Origin: Aquabacterium sp.
GTDB taxonomy: Bacteria; Pseudomonadota; Gammaproteobacteria; Burkholderiales; Burkholderiaceae_C
NCBI GenBank assembly: GCA_040400895.1
Contig: JBBAPL010000003.1
Location: 12,283-76,282, forward strand
Direction: 5' to 3'
Length of the DNA: 64,000 bases
The first letter of the stretch is position 1. Each line of letters begins with the position of its first letter. The notes beneath the pieces are model-generated. The model was given only the letters and a program-made list of their open reading frames with translations, had not been told where the DNA came from and did not search any database. Position numbers and translations under genes: made by a program. Shown here piece by piece: positions 27,667-38,551 of the stretch.

Positions 27667-29391
27667 TCACGCCGTGCCGAAAGCAAAGTCACGGCCCGGC
27701 GCAGCCGCAAACAGCGCCTGGGTGTAGGCATGCTGCGGGCTGCCGAAGACCTGGTGCGCCGGGCCGTATTCCACCACCTGGCCCTTGCTCATCACCGCCA
27801 GGTGGTCGCAGATCTGGCTGGCCACGCGCAGGTCGTGGGTGATGAACAGCATGGCCAGGTTGAGGCGGCTGCGGATCTCCTCGAACAGCTGCAGCACCTG
27901 CGCCTGCACCGACACGTCCAGCGCGCTGACCGCCTCGTCGGCCACCAGCAGTTCGGGCTCCATCATCAGCGCACGGGCGATGCAGATGCGCTGGCGCTGG
28001 CCGCCGCTGAACTGGTGCGGATAGCGGTCCATCGCGCTGCCGTCCATGCGCACCAGGGCCAGCAGGTCGCGGGCACGCTGCATGGCCTCGGTGCGGCCCA
28101 GGCCGTAGTTCATCGGACCCTCGATCATCGCCTCGGCCACGGTGCGGCGCGGGTTGAGCGAGCGGTACGGATCCTGGAAGACGATCTGCACCCGCTGGCG
28201 CAGTGGCCGCAGGCGGGCGGCCGACATCATGGCGATGTCCTCGGCCTGCTCGCCGGGCCGGTCACCGCCGAGCATGACGCTGCCGCCGCTGGGGTCGATC
28301 AGGCGCACGATGCAGCGGGCCACCGTGCTCTTGCCCGAGCCCGACTCACCGACGATGCCCAGCGTCTGGCCGCGCTTGATCTCGAAGTTGACGGCCTTGG
28401 CCGCATGCACGCTGCGCGCGGCGCCGAACCAGCCCTTGCTGCTGTAGATCTTCTCCAGACCCTGCACCTTCAGCACCACTGGCGCGCCAGGGTCGTTGGC
28501 ACGTTCTTTCAGGTGCAGGGTGGGCACGGCGGCCATCAGCATGCGGGTGTAGGCGTGCTGCGGCTTCTGCAGCACATCGGCCTTGGGGCCGATCTCGACC
28601 ATGTCGCCCAGGCGCAGAACGGCCACCCGGTGCGCCACCTCGGCCACCACGCCGAAATCATGGGTGATGAACAGCACGCCCGCACCGTGGCGGTGCTGCA
28701 GTTCCAGCACCAGCTTCAGGATCTGCGCCTGGGTGGTGACGTCGAGCGCGGTGGTGGGCTCGTCGGCGATCAGCAGCACCGGGTCGAGCACCAGAGCCAT
28801 GGCGATCATGATGCGCTGGCGCTGGCCGCCCGACAACTGGTGCGGGTAACTGGCCACCATGCGCTCGGGGTCGGGCAGCAGCACCTCGCGCACGATGTTC
28901 AGCACCTTCTCGCGCCGCTCGGCGGGCGACAGCTGGGTGTGCTGGCTGAGGACCTCGTCGATCTGGTCGCCACAGGTCATGACCGGGTTCAGGGCCGTCA
29001 TCGGCTCCTGGAAGATCATGCTCATGCGGGTGGCGCGCAGTTCGCGCAGGCGGCTCAGCGGGGCATGGGTGATGTCTTCGCCTTCGAGCAGGATCTGCCC
29101 GCCCTGCACCGGCAGGGTCTTGGGCAGCAGGCCCATCACGCTTTGCGCGATGACGCTCTTGCCCGAGCCGGATTCACCGACCAGACAGACGATCTCGCCG
29201 CGGCCGACACTGAAGCTGACGTTGCGCACCGCGGTGGCGCGGTCGCCGCCCGAGGGCAGCGCGATGGTGAGGTTCCTGACCTCGAGGATGAGACTGTCTG
29301 CCCCTCGCCCGGCGGGTACGCCGGACGATCCCCCAAGGGGATGCGGGCCGGCTTGGGGCGGCCCGGCGCTCGGCCCGTTTGCTTCGTTCAT
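27667..29391 (-). CDS. Peptide ABC transporter ATP-binding protein (two fused ABC domains)
   Basis: Two GESGSGKS Walker A motifs, two YPHQ(L/F)SGGQRQR signatures, ADEPTTALD and ADEAVSALD. Confidence 0.95.
   Translation of the reverse strand: MNEANGPSAGPPQAGPHPLGGSSGVPAGRGADSLILEVRNLTIALPSGGDRATAVRNVSFSVGRGEIVCLVGESGSGKSVIAQSVMGLLPKTLPVQGGQILLEGEDITHAPLSRLRELRATRMSMIFQEPMTALNPVMTCGDQIDEVLSQHTQLSPAERREKVLNIVREVLLPDPERMVASYPHQLSGGQRQRIMIAMALVLDPVLLIADEPTTALDVTTQAQILKLVLELQHRHGAGVLFITHDFGVVAEVAHRVAVLRLGDMVEIGPKADVLQKPQHAYTRMLMAAVPTLHLKERANDPGAPVVLKVQGLEKIYSSKGWFGAARSVHAAKAVNFEIKRGQTLGIVGESGSGKSTVARCIVRLIDPSGGSVMLGGDRPGEQAEDIAMMSAARLRPLRQRVQIVFQDPYRSLNPRRTVAEAMIEGPMNYGLGRTEAMQRARDLLALVRMDGSAMDRYPHQFSGGQRQRICIARALMMEPELLVADEAVSALDVSVQAQVLQLFEEIRSRLNLAMLFITHDLRVASQICDHLAVMSKGQVVEYGPAHQVFGSPQHAYTQALFAAAPGRDFAFGTA
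29299..29374 (-). repeat. Short palindromic element apparently inserted in frame at the 5' end of the ABC ATPase gene
   Basis: Minus strand gccgagcgccgggccgccccaagccggcccgcatccccttgggggatcgtccggcgtacccgccgggcgaggggca, encoding [24 protein letters not shown]. Contains ccccttgggg. From memory it resembles the GGGCCGCCCCAAG..CCCCTCGGGGG repeats of Burkholderiales. Confidence 0.55.
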
Positions 29392-30320
29392 GATCGTTTC
29401 GCCATCTTCGGGTCGAGCGTGTCGCGCAGCCCGTCACCGAGGATGTTCACCGCCAGCACCGTCACCGCCAGGAAGATGCCCGGGAAGAAGATGTTGTGCG
29501 GGTACTCGTTGAACTGTGCCCGACCCTCGGCCATCACGTTGCCCCAGGTGGGGATGTCGGGCGGCAGTCCCACGCCCAGGAACGACAAGGCCGCCTCGGT
29601 CAGGATGCCAGCCGCGCAGATGAACGTGGCCTGCACCACCAGCGGCGCCACGGTGTTGGGCAGGATGTGTCGCAACATGATCTTCCAGGTGGGCGTGCCC
29701 AGCGAGATGGCGGCCTCCACATACGGCTCTTCACGGATGGTGAGCACCAGCGAGCGCACCAGCCGCACCACCCGCGGGATCTCGGGGATGGCGATGGCGA
29801 TCACCACCGTGGTGAGGCTGCCGCGCCACATGGCCACCAGGGCGATGGCGATCAGGATGGCGGGGATGGCCATCACGCCGTCCATCACCCGCATCAGCGG
29901 GCCGTCCAGCCAGCGCAGGAAGCCCGCCATCAGGCCCAGCACCACGCCAAACGCGAGGGCCACCAGGGCGGTGAACAGGCCGACGATCAGCGACACCTGG
30001 GTGCCGTAGATCACCCGGCTGTAGATGTCGCGGCCGAAACTGTCGCTGCCCATCAGGAAGCGGTGCTTCAGCTGCTCGCCTTCCAGCGTGGTGATCTCGC
30101 CGGTCTTGCCAGGCAGCAGGTCGCGGCTGGCGGGGTCGAACAGCGACGGGTCGACCGTGCCCATCCAGGGTGCAACCAGTGAGATCAGCACCAGCAGCAG
30201 CATGACGGTGCCGCCGATGCGCACCGAGGTGTTGCGCCGCACGCGCTGCCAGGCGCTGAGTTGCACATGGACCGTGGCGCTCTCGACCGACAGCGCTTCG
30301 AAATCAGGGGTGGCGCTCAT
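29388..30320 (-). CDS. Peptide ABC transporter permease (DppC/OppC-like)
   Basis: MGSDSFGRDIYSR..G..SL, EEPYVEAAISLG..IMLRHILPN, EAALSFLGVG. Confidence 0.95.
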   Translation of the reverse strand: MSATPDFEALSVESATVHVQLSAWQRVRRNTSVRIGGTVMLLLVLISLVAPWMGTVDPSLFDPASRDLLPGKTGEITTLEGEQLKHRFLMGSDSFGRDIYSRVIYGTQVSLIVGLFTALVALAFGVVLGLMAGFLRWLDGPLMRVMDGVMAIPAILIAIALVAMWRGSLTTVVIAIAIPEIPRVVRLVRSLVLTIREEPYVEAAISLGTPTWKIMLRHILPNTVAPLVVQATFICAAGILTEAALSFLGVGLPPDIPTWGNVMAEGRAQFNEYPHNIFFPGIFLAVTVLAVNILGDGLRDTLDPKMAKRS

Positions 30321-30322
30321 GC

Positions 30323-31263
<941 letters not shown>

Positions 31264-31264
<1 letters not shown>

Positions 31265-32433
31265 CAGTGCAGGTTGGTGGTCGTCAGGTCGGTGTGGTGC
31301 ATGCGATGGTGGCCGAGCAGGGCGCGCACCTGGTCGGTATCGATGCGTTCGAGCAGGCCGGGCGGGCGGTGGGTGGGCATGCTGTCGGCGGCCAGCATCG
31401 CATTGAGCACGGCCTCTTCGGTGGCCTGGACCGTGGCTTCGTAGACGGCATCCAGCCCGGCTTCATCCAGCACGGCGGTGGTGTGCACCAGCGGGCCCCG
31501 TGGCGTGACGCCCGCCGCCGGCAAGGCATGCGCCGTCGACAGCGCCAGCGCGATCTCGCCGGAGTGGTTGCCCGCCGTGCCGCCCAGGCGCGCCAGGCCC
31601 ATGGGTGTGCGGCGGGCGACCTGCTCCAGCTGTTTGGCATCGAGCGGCAGGTCGGTGATGACCACCGCGATCAGTGAGCCGGTCTCGGGCTGGGCAGCAG
31701 CAAACGGCGAGCCCTGGCGCAGTTGTTCACCCACTGGCGAACCGGCGATGCGCAGCTGTGCACGCGTGCCGAAATTGCTTTGCACGAACACGCCGACAAC
31801 GCCCTGCAAACCGCCCAGGTCGACCAGCCGCGAACTGCTGCCGCTGCCACCCTTGAGCCCGAAGCTCTGCATGCCGGTGCCGCCCCCCACATTGCCTTGG
31901 GCAATGTGGCGGCTGGCTCCGCCACGTGCCGCTGCCGCAAAGGCCAGCGCCGCATCCAGCGCCTGCTGTGCATGCGCCGGCCGCACATGCAGGCCGAGGA
32001 TGTCGTTGGTGAAACCGTCATAGGTCTCGGCCACCACCGGCAGCGCCCAGGCATGGTCGTCGCGAAACAGGTCGGGGTGGCGGTCAATCAGCCAGCGCAC
32101 CGTGCCCTCGTGCACCGCGCCCACGGCATGGGTGTTGGTGATCATCACCGGGCCGGTGAGGCGCCCGCTGTCACGCACCCAGTGGCTGCCGGTGAGCTCG
32201 CCGTTGCCGTTCTGCGCATGCACCCCTGCCGCGCAACGCCTCAACGCAGGCGCGTCGCCCAAGGGCAGGATGGCAGTGACGCCGCTGCGGAATGGCAGAC
32301 CGTCGGGCAGCAATGCATCGTGCGTCCAGTAGCCCACCGCCACCCCAGGCACATCGGTGATGGCATTGGCCGGGCCCGGCACACCCGCGAAGGGGATGCC
32401 GAGCGTGCGGGGCGTCGGTCGGGGAACAGGCAT
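31264..32433 (-). CDS. P1/S58-family peptidase (DmpA-like D-/beta-aminopeptidase, Ntn hydrolase); start may be 32487
   Basis: GPANAITDVPGVAVG, GVTAILP, NGNGELTG, ITNTHAVG, PVVAETYDG, GNVGGGTGM, TGSLIAVVITD (Gly-Ser autoprocessing site), SGEIALALST. Confidence 0.9.
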
Positions 32434-32509
32434 GGTGGCAGGGCGCGCCAGGCACAGGCCGGCAGCGTGCGGCGCTGCTGCCGACACGCAGACGGCCAGG
32501 GCCGCGGCA

Positions 32510-34096
32510 TCAGTTCTTCTTCAGGTTCCAGTACAGGTTGCTGTTGGTGATGAAGAAGCCGCTGATGTTCTTGCGGGCTGCCATCGGCTGGTCGTATTCA
32601 CCCAGCACCGCATGGGTGCCGATCTCGAAGGCACGGGCATGGATCTGGTCGACCAGCTTCTTCTTGGCGCCATCGTCGGTGGCGCGCATGAACTGGTTGC
32701 GCAACTCGACCATCTTGTCGTCGGTGGGCCAGCCGAACCAGACCGACTTCTCGCCCCGGGTGTCCATCGTCGGGTTGGAGATCGGGTTCCACACGTCGGC
32801 GGCGGTCCAGGCGGTCAGGAACATGTTCCAGCCGCCCTTGTCCGGTGCGTCCTTCTTGGCGCGGCGTCCCACCAGGGTCTGCCAGTCCATCGCCTGCAGG
32901 TCGACCTTGAAGCCGGCCTGGCGCAACAGCTGGGCTGCCACGTCGGGCAGCTTGCTGATCGACTGCAGGTCGGTGGGCTTCATGATGACCACCGGCGTGC
33001 CGTCGTAGCCGCTGGCCTTCAGCAGGTCCTGCGCCTTCTTCATGTTCGACTTCATCTGCAGGTCGCTGCCGGCCGTGCTGCCCCAGGGCGTGCCGCACAT
33101 GAACATCGAGCCGCAGGTCTTGTAGAGCTCCTTCACGCCGACCTGGGCGCGCAGGAAGGCCTCCTGGTTGAAGGCGGCGATGGCGGCCTGGCGCACCTTG
33201 GCGTTGTCGAAGGGCTTGTGCAGGTGGTTGAACCGGGCCATGTACTGCGCGCCGAAGCTGGTGTACTTGGGCACCTGGATGTTGGCATCGGTCTTGACCG
33301 TGGCGAGGTGGTCGAACGGCAACTGCTCCAGGATGTCGATCTCACCCTTCTGCAGCGCATTCACCTGGGCCTGCGGGTCACGCAGCGCCAGGTTCCATTC
33401 GACGCGATCGACATAGACGTTCTTGCCACCGGTGGTGCCCGACGGCGGCTCGCTGCGCGCCACGTACTTGGTGTTCTTCAGGTACACCGCCTTGTCGCCG
33501 GGCTTGAACTCGTCCCGTTTGAAGACGTAGGGGCCCGAACCGATGTGCTCCTCGATCTGCTTGAAGGCGTCGGTCTCGGCCTGCTTCTTGGGCATGATGA
33601 AGGGCACGCTCGACCCCGGCTTGCCCAGCGCCTCGATCACGAAGCCGCAGGCCTCGCCCAGGAAGATGCGGAAGGTGTCGGGCGTGGGGCTGTCCATGCG
33701 CGAGACGAACTGGAACAGCGCCGAGCCCATGGCGTCGCGCTTGCCCCAGCGCTGCAGGCTGGCGATGACGTCGTCACCGGTCACCGGCTTGCCGTCATGG
33801 AATTCCAGGCCCTTGCGCAGCTTGAAGGTGTAGAGCCGGCTGTCGGGGCTGATGTTGAACGTGTCGACCATCTGCGGCTTGATCTTGCCCGCCTCGTCGG
33901 TGCCGAACAGCGTGTCATAGATCATGTAGCCGTGGTTGCGGCTCATGTAGGCAGTGGTCCAGATCGGGTCGAGGATGGCCAGATTGGAGTGCGGCACCAC
34001 GCGCAGCACGGTGCCCTGCGCCAACACGGGCAGCGAAGTGGCCAAGGACAGCACGGACAGCGTGGCGACGGTGGCCAGACGGCGGTTCAATTTCAT
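32510..34096 (-). CDS. Peptide ABC transporter substrate-binding protein (family 5)
   Basis: Signal peptide; LDPIWTTAY..IYDTLF, LRKGLEFHDG, IGSGPY, VDRVEW. Confidence 0.95.
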   Translation of the reverse strand: MKLNRRLATVATLSVLSLATSLPVLAQGTVLRVVPHSNLAILDPIWTTAYMSRNHGYMIYDTLFGTDEAGKIKPQMVDTFNISPDSRLYTFKLRKGLEFHDGKPVTGDDVIASLQRWGKRDAMGSALFQFVSRMDSPTPDTFRIFLGEACGFVIEALGKPGSSVPFIMPKKQAETDAFKQIEEHIGSGPYVFKRDEFKPGDKAVYLKNTKYVARSEPPSGTTGGKNVYVDRVEWNLALRDPQAQVNALQKGEIDILEQLPFDHLATVKTDANIQVPKYTSFGAQYMARFNHLHKPFDNAKVRQAAIAAFNQEAFLRAQVGVKELYKTCGSMFMCGTPWGSTAGSDLQMKSNMKKAQDLLKASGYDGTPVVIMKPTDLQSISKLPDVAAQLLRQAGFKVDLQAMDWQTLVGRRAKKDAPDKGGWNMFLTAWTAADVWNPISNPTMDTRGEKSVWFGWPTDDKMVELRNQFMRATDDGAKKKLVDQIHARAFEIGTHAVLGEYDQPMAARKNISGFFITNSNLYWNLKKN

Positions 34097-34211
34097 GGAA
34101 GACAGGCTCCGATAGAAGAAAGGAATTGACCGGGTGATGCTGCCCCGGTTTGGTGCCGTAACGCTAACCGAATTCCGCAGATCGGTTGCTCGGGGTTTTC
34201 TCAAACCGGCG

Positions 34212-34228
34212 AGCAAGACGCGCGCCAG
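34212..34228 (-). promoter_or_regulatory. Sigma54 (RpoN) -24/-12 promoter for the peptide ABC operon
   Basis: Minus strand CTGGCGCGCGTCTTGCT: GG and GC separated by exactly 10 nt (consensus TGGCAC-N5-TTGC). About 115 bp upstream of the SBP ATG. Confidence 0.72.
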
Positions 34229-34242
34229 GCTGGTGCACGGGG

Positions 34243-35709
34243 TCAGACGCCATCATTGTCCATCGGCCACTTGGGCCGCCGGATGTGGCGGTAAGGCAAC
34301 GTGCGCAGGTCGGACGTGACGGCGCCCGGCGCAGCGCAGTACAGCACCTGCACCGCGAGCGGGGCAAATGCGGCGCGGAAGTGCTGCGACGACTTCACCA
34401 CCACGATGCGCCGGGCCGCCAGGTCGCAGCCCAGCTGGGTGAACAGGTCGATTCCCATGGCCTGGCTGCGGCGGCTGATCAGCACCACCTGCACCCCGTC
34501 CGCTCCGCCGATCTGCACCAGCGCGCAGTCGCCCAGCGGCTGGGTGGTGCCGGCCAGCGCGCTCATCTGCATGTCGGGCTGCAGCGCCAGCACGGTGCAG
34601 TCAGCGTCCAGCGGCGCACCCGACAGCGGCCCCACCTTGCCGCCGATGCGCAGCGGCAGGCGGGCGCCCACGCCGGCGTCGAAGGCGATGCGCACCGCCT
34701 GCGGGTCCCACAGCGGGCCGAGCGCGGCGTTGGCGATGCCGCGTTCAACCAGGCGGCGCAGCACGAAGGTGCTGTCCCCTGCGGCGCCGCCGCCGGGGTT
34801 GTCGGCGCTGTCGGCCACCACCACCATGCCCGGCGGTGCGGCCAACGCGGCGTCCAGCGCTTCGTCGATGCCCAGCCAGGGGGTGTCGAGCGCGCTGCGC
34901 AGGGCGATCAGCTCGTCGGCCAGGCGGCGGGCCAGCGCGTCGCCCTCGGCTTGGCGGCCGTCGGTGTAGACCAGCACCCTGGTGCCCATGTCGGGCACGT
35001 CGCCCCAGGGGAAACCATGGGTCAGACTGATCGACAGCACACCGTCCTGCCCTTCCAGCGCCTGCAGCCGCTGCACGAAACCCTGCGCCGGGGCCCGCGT
35101 GGTGTGCACGATCACGGCCATGCCGCAATCGGCCACCGACGGCACGGGCCGCCGGCCGTGCGCCACCTGCGCTGCGCACAGGTCGACCAGCTCGAAGGCG
35201 CGCTCCAGGATGTCGGTGTGCGGATACTGCTTGAAGGCGATCAGCAGGTCGGCCTGCGACAACATGGCCGCAGACAGGTGGTGGTGCGGGTCCAGCTCGG
35301 CGCCAATCACCACGCCCGGTCCCACCAGCTGCCGCACGCGGGTGAGCAGGTCGCCCTCGCAATCGGGATAGCCGTCGGCCACCATCGCGCCGTGCAGGCC
35401 CAGCAGCACCAGTTGCACCGGCAGCGCGGCCCGCAGGTCGGCCAGGATCTGGTCACGCAGGGTCTCGTAGGCCAGGCGCGTGGTGGTGCCGCCGGGCTGG
35501 GCAGCGGCCACCAGGCCTTCGACCAGGGCCCAGCCATGCTGCCGGGCGCGCTGGCGGGCGGCATGCAGGGGGCCGCCGAACATGCTCATCCCTGCGGGAT
35601 GGGTGCCTCCCGGCCAGTAGGTGCCGTCGACCTGGAACGACGCCAGCCCGGTGGGCATGGGCGCAAAGGTGTTGGTCTCGGTGGCCAGGCTGGCGGTGAA
35701 CACGCGCAT
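34243..35709 (-). CDS. M81-family metallopeptidase (MlrC-like), copy 2
   Basis: ATETNTF, LGLHGAM, LDPH, FKQYPHTD, DSADNPGGG, VVKSSQHFRAAF. Confidence 0.9.
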   Translation of the reverse strand: MRVFTASLATETNTFAPMPTGLASFQVDGTYWPGGTHPAGMSMFGGPLHAARQRARQHGWALVEGLVAAAQPGGTTTRLAYETLRDQILADLRAALPVQLVLLGLHGAMVADGYPDCEGDLLTRVRQLVGPGVVIGAELDPHHHLSAAMLSQADLLIAFKQYPHTDILERAFELVDLCAAQVAHGRRPVPSVADCGMAVIVHTTRAPAQGFVQRLQALEGQDGVLSISLTHGFPWGDVPDMGTRVLVYTDGRQAEGDALARRLADELIALRSALDTPWLGIDEALDAALAAPPGMVVVADSADNPGGGAAGDSTFVLRRLVERGIANAALGPLWDPQAVRIAFDAGVGARLPLRIGGKVGPLSGAPLDADCTVLALQPDMQMSALAGTTQPLGDCALVQIGGADGVQVVLISRRSQAMGIDLFTQLGCDLAARRIVVVKSSQHFRAAFAPLAVQVLYCAAPGAVTSDLRTLPYRHIRRPKWPMDNDGV

Positions 35710-35873
35710 GGTGGGTTTGCCTCGTCGCAAAGCCCGCGACGCTAGCCCAGGCACAGGCGCCAGGTCAATGCGGGGGCATGCCTGGCCACCGCACTTCGGT
35801 GTTACGGTCGTGAAAACCCGGGACCCTGGATGAACCCCTCGATGATCTGCGCGCACGGCCTGAGGCGCCCGCC

Positions 35874-36737
35874 ATGATCCGGCTGCGCCTGCTGCTGGAA
35901 CTGGACTATGAAGTGGCCCAGCCGGGCTGTGACTTCATCTTCAACATCCATGCGGCCCACACCGCGCGCCAGGTGGTGCTGCAGGAACTGCTGACGCTGA
36001 ACCAGGACGTGCCCCACCGTGTCGACACCGACCCGGCCACTGGCAACCGTTACCTGCGGCTGAGCGCGCGCCCCGGCCCCCTGCACCTGGCCTACAGCAC
36101 CACGGTCGACCTGCTGCACCACAAGGCCTGGCCGAACACCATTGCCGAGACGCCGGTGGCGCAATTGCCCACGCCGGTGCTGGGCTACATCTACCCCAGC
36201 CGCTACTGCCAGAGCGACCGCCTCACCAGCCTGGCCACGCGCGAATTCGGCCAGCAGTGGCAGGGCTACAGCCGGGTGCAGGGCATCCGCGACTGGGTGC
36301 TGCAGCGCACCAGATTCACGCCCAATACCAGCAATGCCACCACCTCGGCGATGGACACCCTCGTCGACGGCATGGGCGTGTGCCGCGACTTTGCCCACCT
36401 GATGATCGCGCTGTGCCGCGCGGTCAACATCCCGGCGCGCTTTGCCACCGGCATCGACTACGGCGCCGACCCGGCCCTGGGCCCGACCGACTTCCATGCC
36501 TACGTGGAGGCCTACCTCGACGGCCGCTGGTACATCTTCGACCCGTCGGGCACGGCCATCCCGATGGGCTTCGTGCGCTTCGGCACCGGGCGCGATGCTG
36601 CCGACGTGGCCTTCGCCACCATCTTCGGGCCGGTGCAGTCGTCGGCGCCGCGCATCCGCATCGAGGCCCTGCCGGGTGACGACGGCCTGCTGGAAATGCC
36701 CTGGCACTGCGCCGAGGCGCTGTCGACCGACCCGTGA
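35874..36737 (+). CDS. Transglutaminase-like protein
   Basis: YIYPSRYCQSD, GVCRDFAHL (catalytic Cys), DFHAYVEAYLDGRWYIFDP. Confidence 0.9.
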   Translation: MIRLRLLLELDYEVAQPGCDFIFNIHAAHTARQVVLQELLTLNQDVPHRVDTDPATGNRYLRLSARPGPLHLAYSTTVDLLHHKAWPNTIAETPVAQLPTPVLGYIYPSRYCQSDRLTSLATREFGQQWQGYSRVQGIRDWVLQRTRFTPNTSNATTSAMDTLVDGMGVCRDFAHLMIALCRAVNIPARFATGIDYGADPALGPTDFHAYVEAYLDGRWYIFDPSGTAIPMGFVRFGTGRDAADVAFATIFGPVQSSAPRIRIEALPGDDGLLEMPWHCAEALSTDP

Positions 36738-36742
36738 CGCGC

Positions 36743-37615
36743 TCAGGCGCCTGATGGCGCCGGCGCGGCCATCGGCTCGCCCATGCGGATGGGCCCGGCC
36801 GGCGCCCAGGCCGGGTTGAATTGCAGGCCTTGCATGCCGGCGCGGGTGAACAGCATCACCACGGTCGACCCGAGCAGGAAGCGGCCCATCTCGGCACCGC
36901 GCGCCAGGTGGACCGCCTGGTCACCGGTGTAGTGCCAGTCGCGCACCGTGCCGGGCCGCGGCGGGTTCACCAGCCCGTGCCACACCGTGGCCATGCTGCC
37001 GACGATGGTGGCGCCCACCAGCACCAGCACGAAGGGCCGGCCGGCGTCGTCGTCGAACACGCACACCACCCGCTCGTTGCGGGCAAACAGTCCCGGCACG
37101 CCACGCGCGGTGGTGGGGTTCACCGAGAACAGGTCGCCCGGCACATGCAGCATGCGGCGCAGGGTGCCGGCGCAGGGCATGTGGATGCGGTGGTAGTCGC
37201 GCGGGCTGAGGTACAGCGTGGCGAAGGCGCCGTCGGCAAACGGCGCCGCCAGCGCCGCATCCCCCCCCACCAGGGCGGTGGTGCTGTACTGGTGGCACTT
37301 GGCTTGGAACACCTGGCCTTGGCTGACCGGACCGAACTGGCTGATGGCGCCGTCCACCGGGCACAGCAGCGGCGCGTCGGCCAGCGGCCGGGCGCCGGGC
37401 CGCAGCGCCCGGGTGAAGAAGTCGTTGAAGCTGGCGTAGGCCTCGATGCGCGGCTCGGCCGCCTCGGCCATGTTGACCTGGTAGCGGGCCACGAAGCGGC
37501 GGATCAGCGCGGTGGTGAAGGACCCGCCCTGGCGCCGCGCCACAGCGCCGGCCAGCTGGGTCAGCGCCTGCTTGGGCAGCAGGTATTGCGGCAGGACGGC
37601 AAGGCGGTCAGACAC
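36743..37615 (-). CDS. psd: Phosphatidylserine decarboxylase proenzyme
   Basis: QYLLPKQ, SFNDFFTR, YLSPRDYHRIHMP, FARNERVV, VGATIVGS, GRFLLGSTV (LGST cleavage site). GTG start at 37615. Confidence 0.95.
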   Translation of the reverse strand: MSDRLAVLPQYLLPKQALTQLAGAVARRQGGSFTTALIRRFVARYQVNMAEAAEPRIEAYASFNDFFTRALRPGARPLADAPLLCPVDGAISQFGPVSQGQVFQAKCHQYSTTALVGGDAALAAPFADGAFATLYLSPRDYHRIHMPCAGTLRRMLHVPGDLFSVNPTTARGVPGLFARNERVVCVFDDDAGRPFVLVLVGATIVGSMATVWHGLVNPPRPGTVRDWHYTGDQAVHLARGAEMGRFLLGSTVVMLFTRAGMQGLQFNPAWAPAGPIRMGEPMAAPAPSGA

Positions 37616-37701
37616 GTGGCAGTGGGCTGGGGCGGGGGTGCGGCAGTGTATCGGCGCAGTTGGCAGCCCCAAGCCCTTGTGGCCCCAAGCCCCCGTCCAG
37701 G

Positions 37702-38490
37702 TCAGTAGGTGCCCGGGTAGGCGCCGCCGTCGATCAGCAGGTTCTGGCCGGTGATGTAGCCCGCCTGCAGGCTGCACAGGTAGGCGCACAGCTCGCCGAA
37801 CTCGGCCGCCGTGCCGAAGCGCTGCGCCGGCACCGTCAGCTTGCGGCGGTCGGCCAGTTCCTCGGGGGTGACGCCGGCCTTGGCCGCATTGGCGCGGAAG
37901 CCCTGCTTGAGCCGGTCGGTGTCGAACGAGCCGGGCAGGATGCTGTTGATGGTGACGCCACGCCCGGCCAGTTGCGGCTGGCGCGACAGGCCGGCCACGA
38001 AGCCGGTGAGCCCGCTGCGCGCACCGTTGCTCAGGCCGAGGAAGTCGATCGGCGCCTTCACGGAGGCCGAGGTGATGTTGACCACCCGGCCGTAGCCGCG
38101 TGCGGCCATCTGGTCGACGGTGGCCTTGATCAGCTCGATCGGCGTGAGCATGTTGGCGTCGAGCGCGGCGATCCAGGCGTCGCGGTCCCACTGGCGGAAG
38201 TCACCCGGCGGTGGGCCGCCGGCGTTGTTGACCAGGATGTCGACCTGCGGGCAGGCGGCCAGAGCGGCCGCGCGACCCTCTGGCGTGGCGATGTCACCGA
38301 CCACGGTGCGCACCTGCACCGTGGGCGCCATGGCGCGGATGGCGGCGGCCGTGGCCTCCAGCGCCTCGGCGCCGCGCGCGGTGATGACGACGTGGACGCC
38401 CTCACGCGCCAGGGATTCGGCGCAGCCGCGCCCCAGTCCCTTGCTGGCGGCGCACACCAGCGCCCACTTGCCTGCGATGCCCAGATCCAT
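37702..38490 (-). CDS. Short-chain dehydrogenase/reductase
   Basis: ALVCAASKGLG, DILVNNAGGP, SNGARSGL, GYITGQNLLIDGG. Confidence 0.92.
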   Translation of the reverse strand: MDLGIAGKWALVCAASKGLGRGCAESLAREGVHVVITARGAEALEATAAAIRAMAPTVQVRTVVGDIATPEGRAAALAACPQVDILVNNAGGPPPGDFRQWDRDAWIAALDANMLTPIELIKATVDQMAARGYGRVVNITSASVKAPIDFLGLSNGARSGLTGFVAGLSRQPQLAGRGVTINSILPGSFDTDRLKQGFRANAAKAGVTPEELADRRKLTVPAQRFGTAAEFGELCAYLCSLQAGYITGQNLLIDGGAYPGTY

Positions 38491-38551
38491 GTGTGTTCTC
38501 CTCGTTGGTTGATGATGGCAGTGCCAGCGCGCACCTTAACCGCTGCCGGGC

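Noticed and set aside
37261-37268. C8 homopolymer within psd as a phase-variation site
   Set aside because: The frame is intact (V-G-G-D) in a housekeeping gene; no evidence of slippage.
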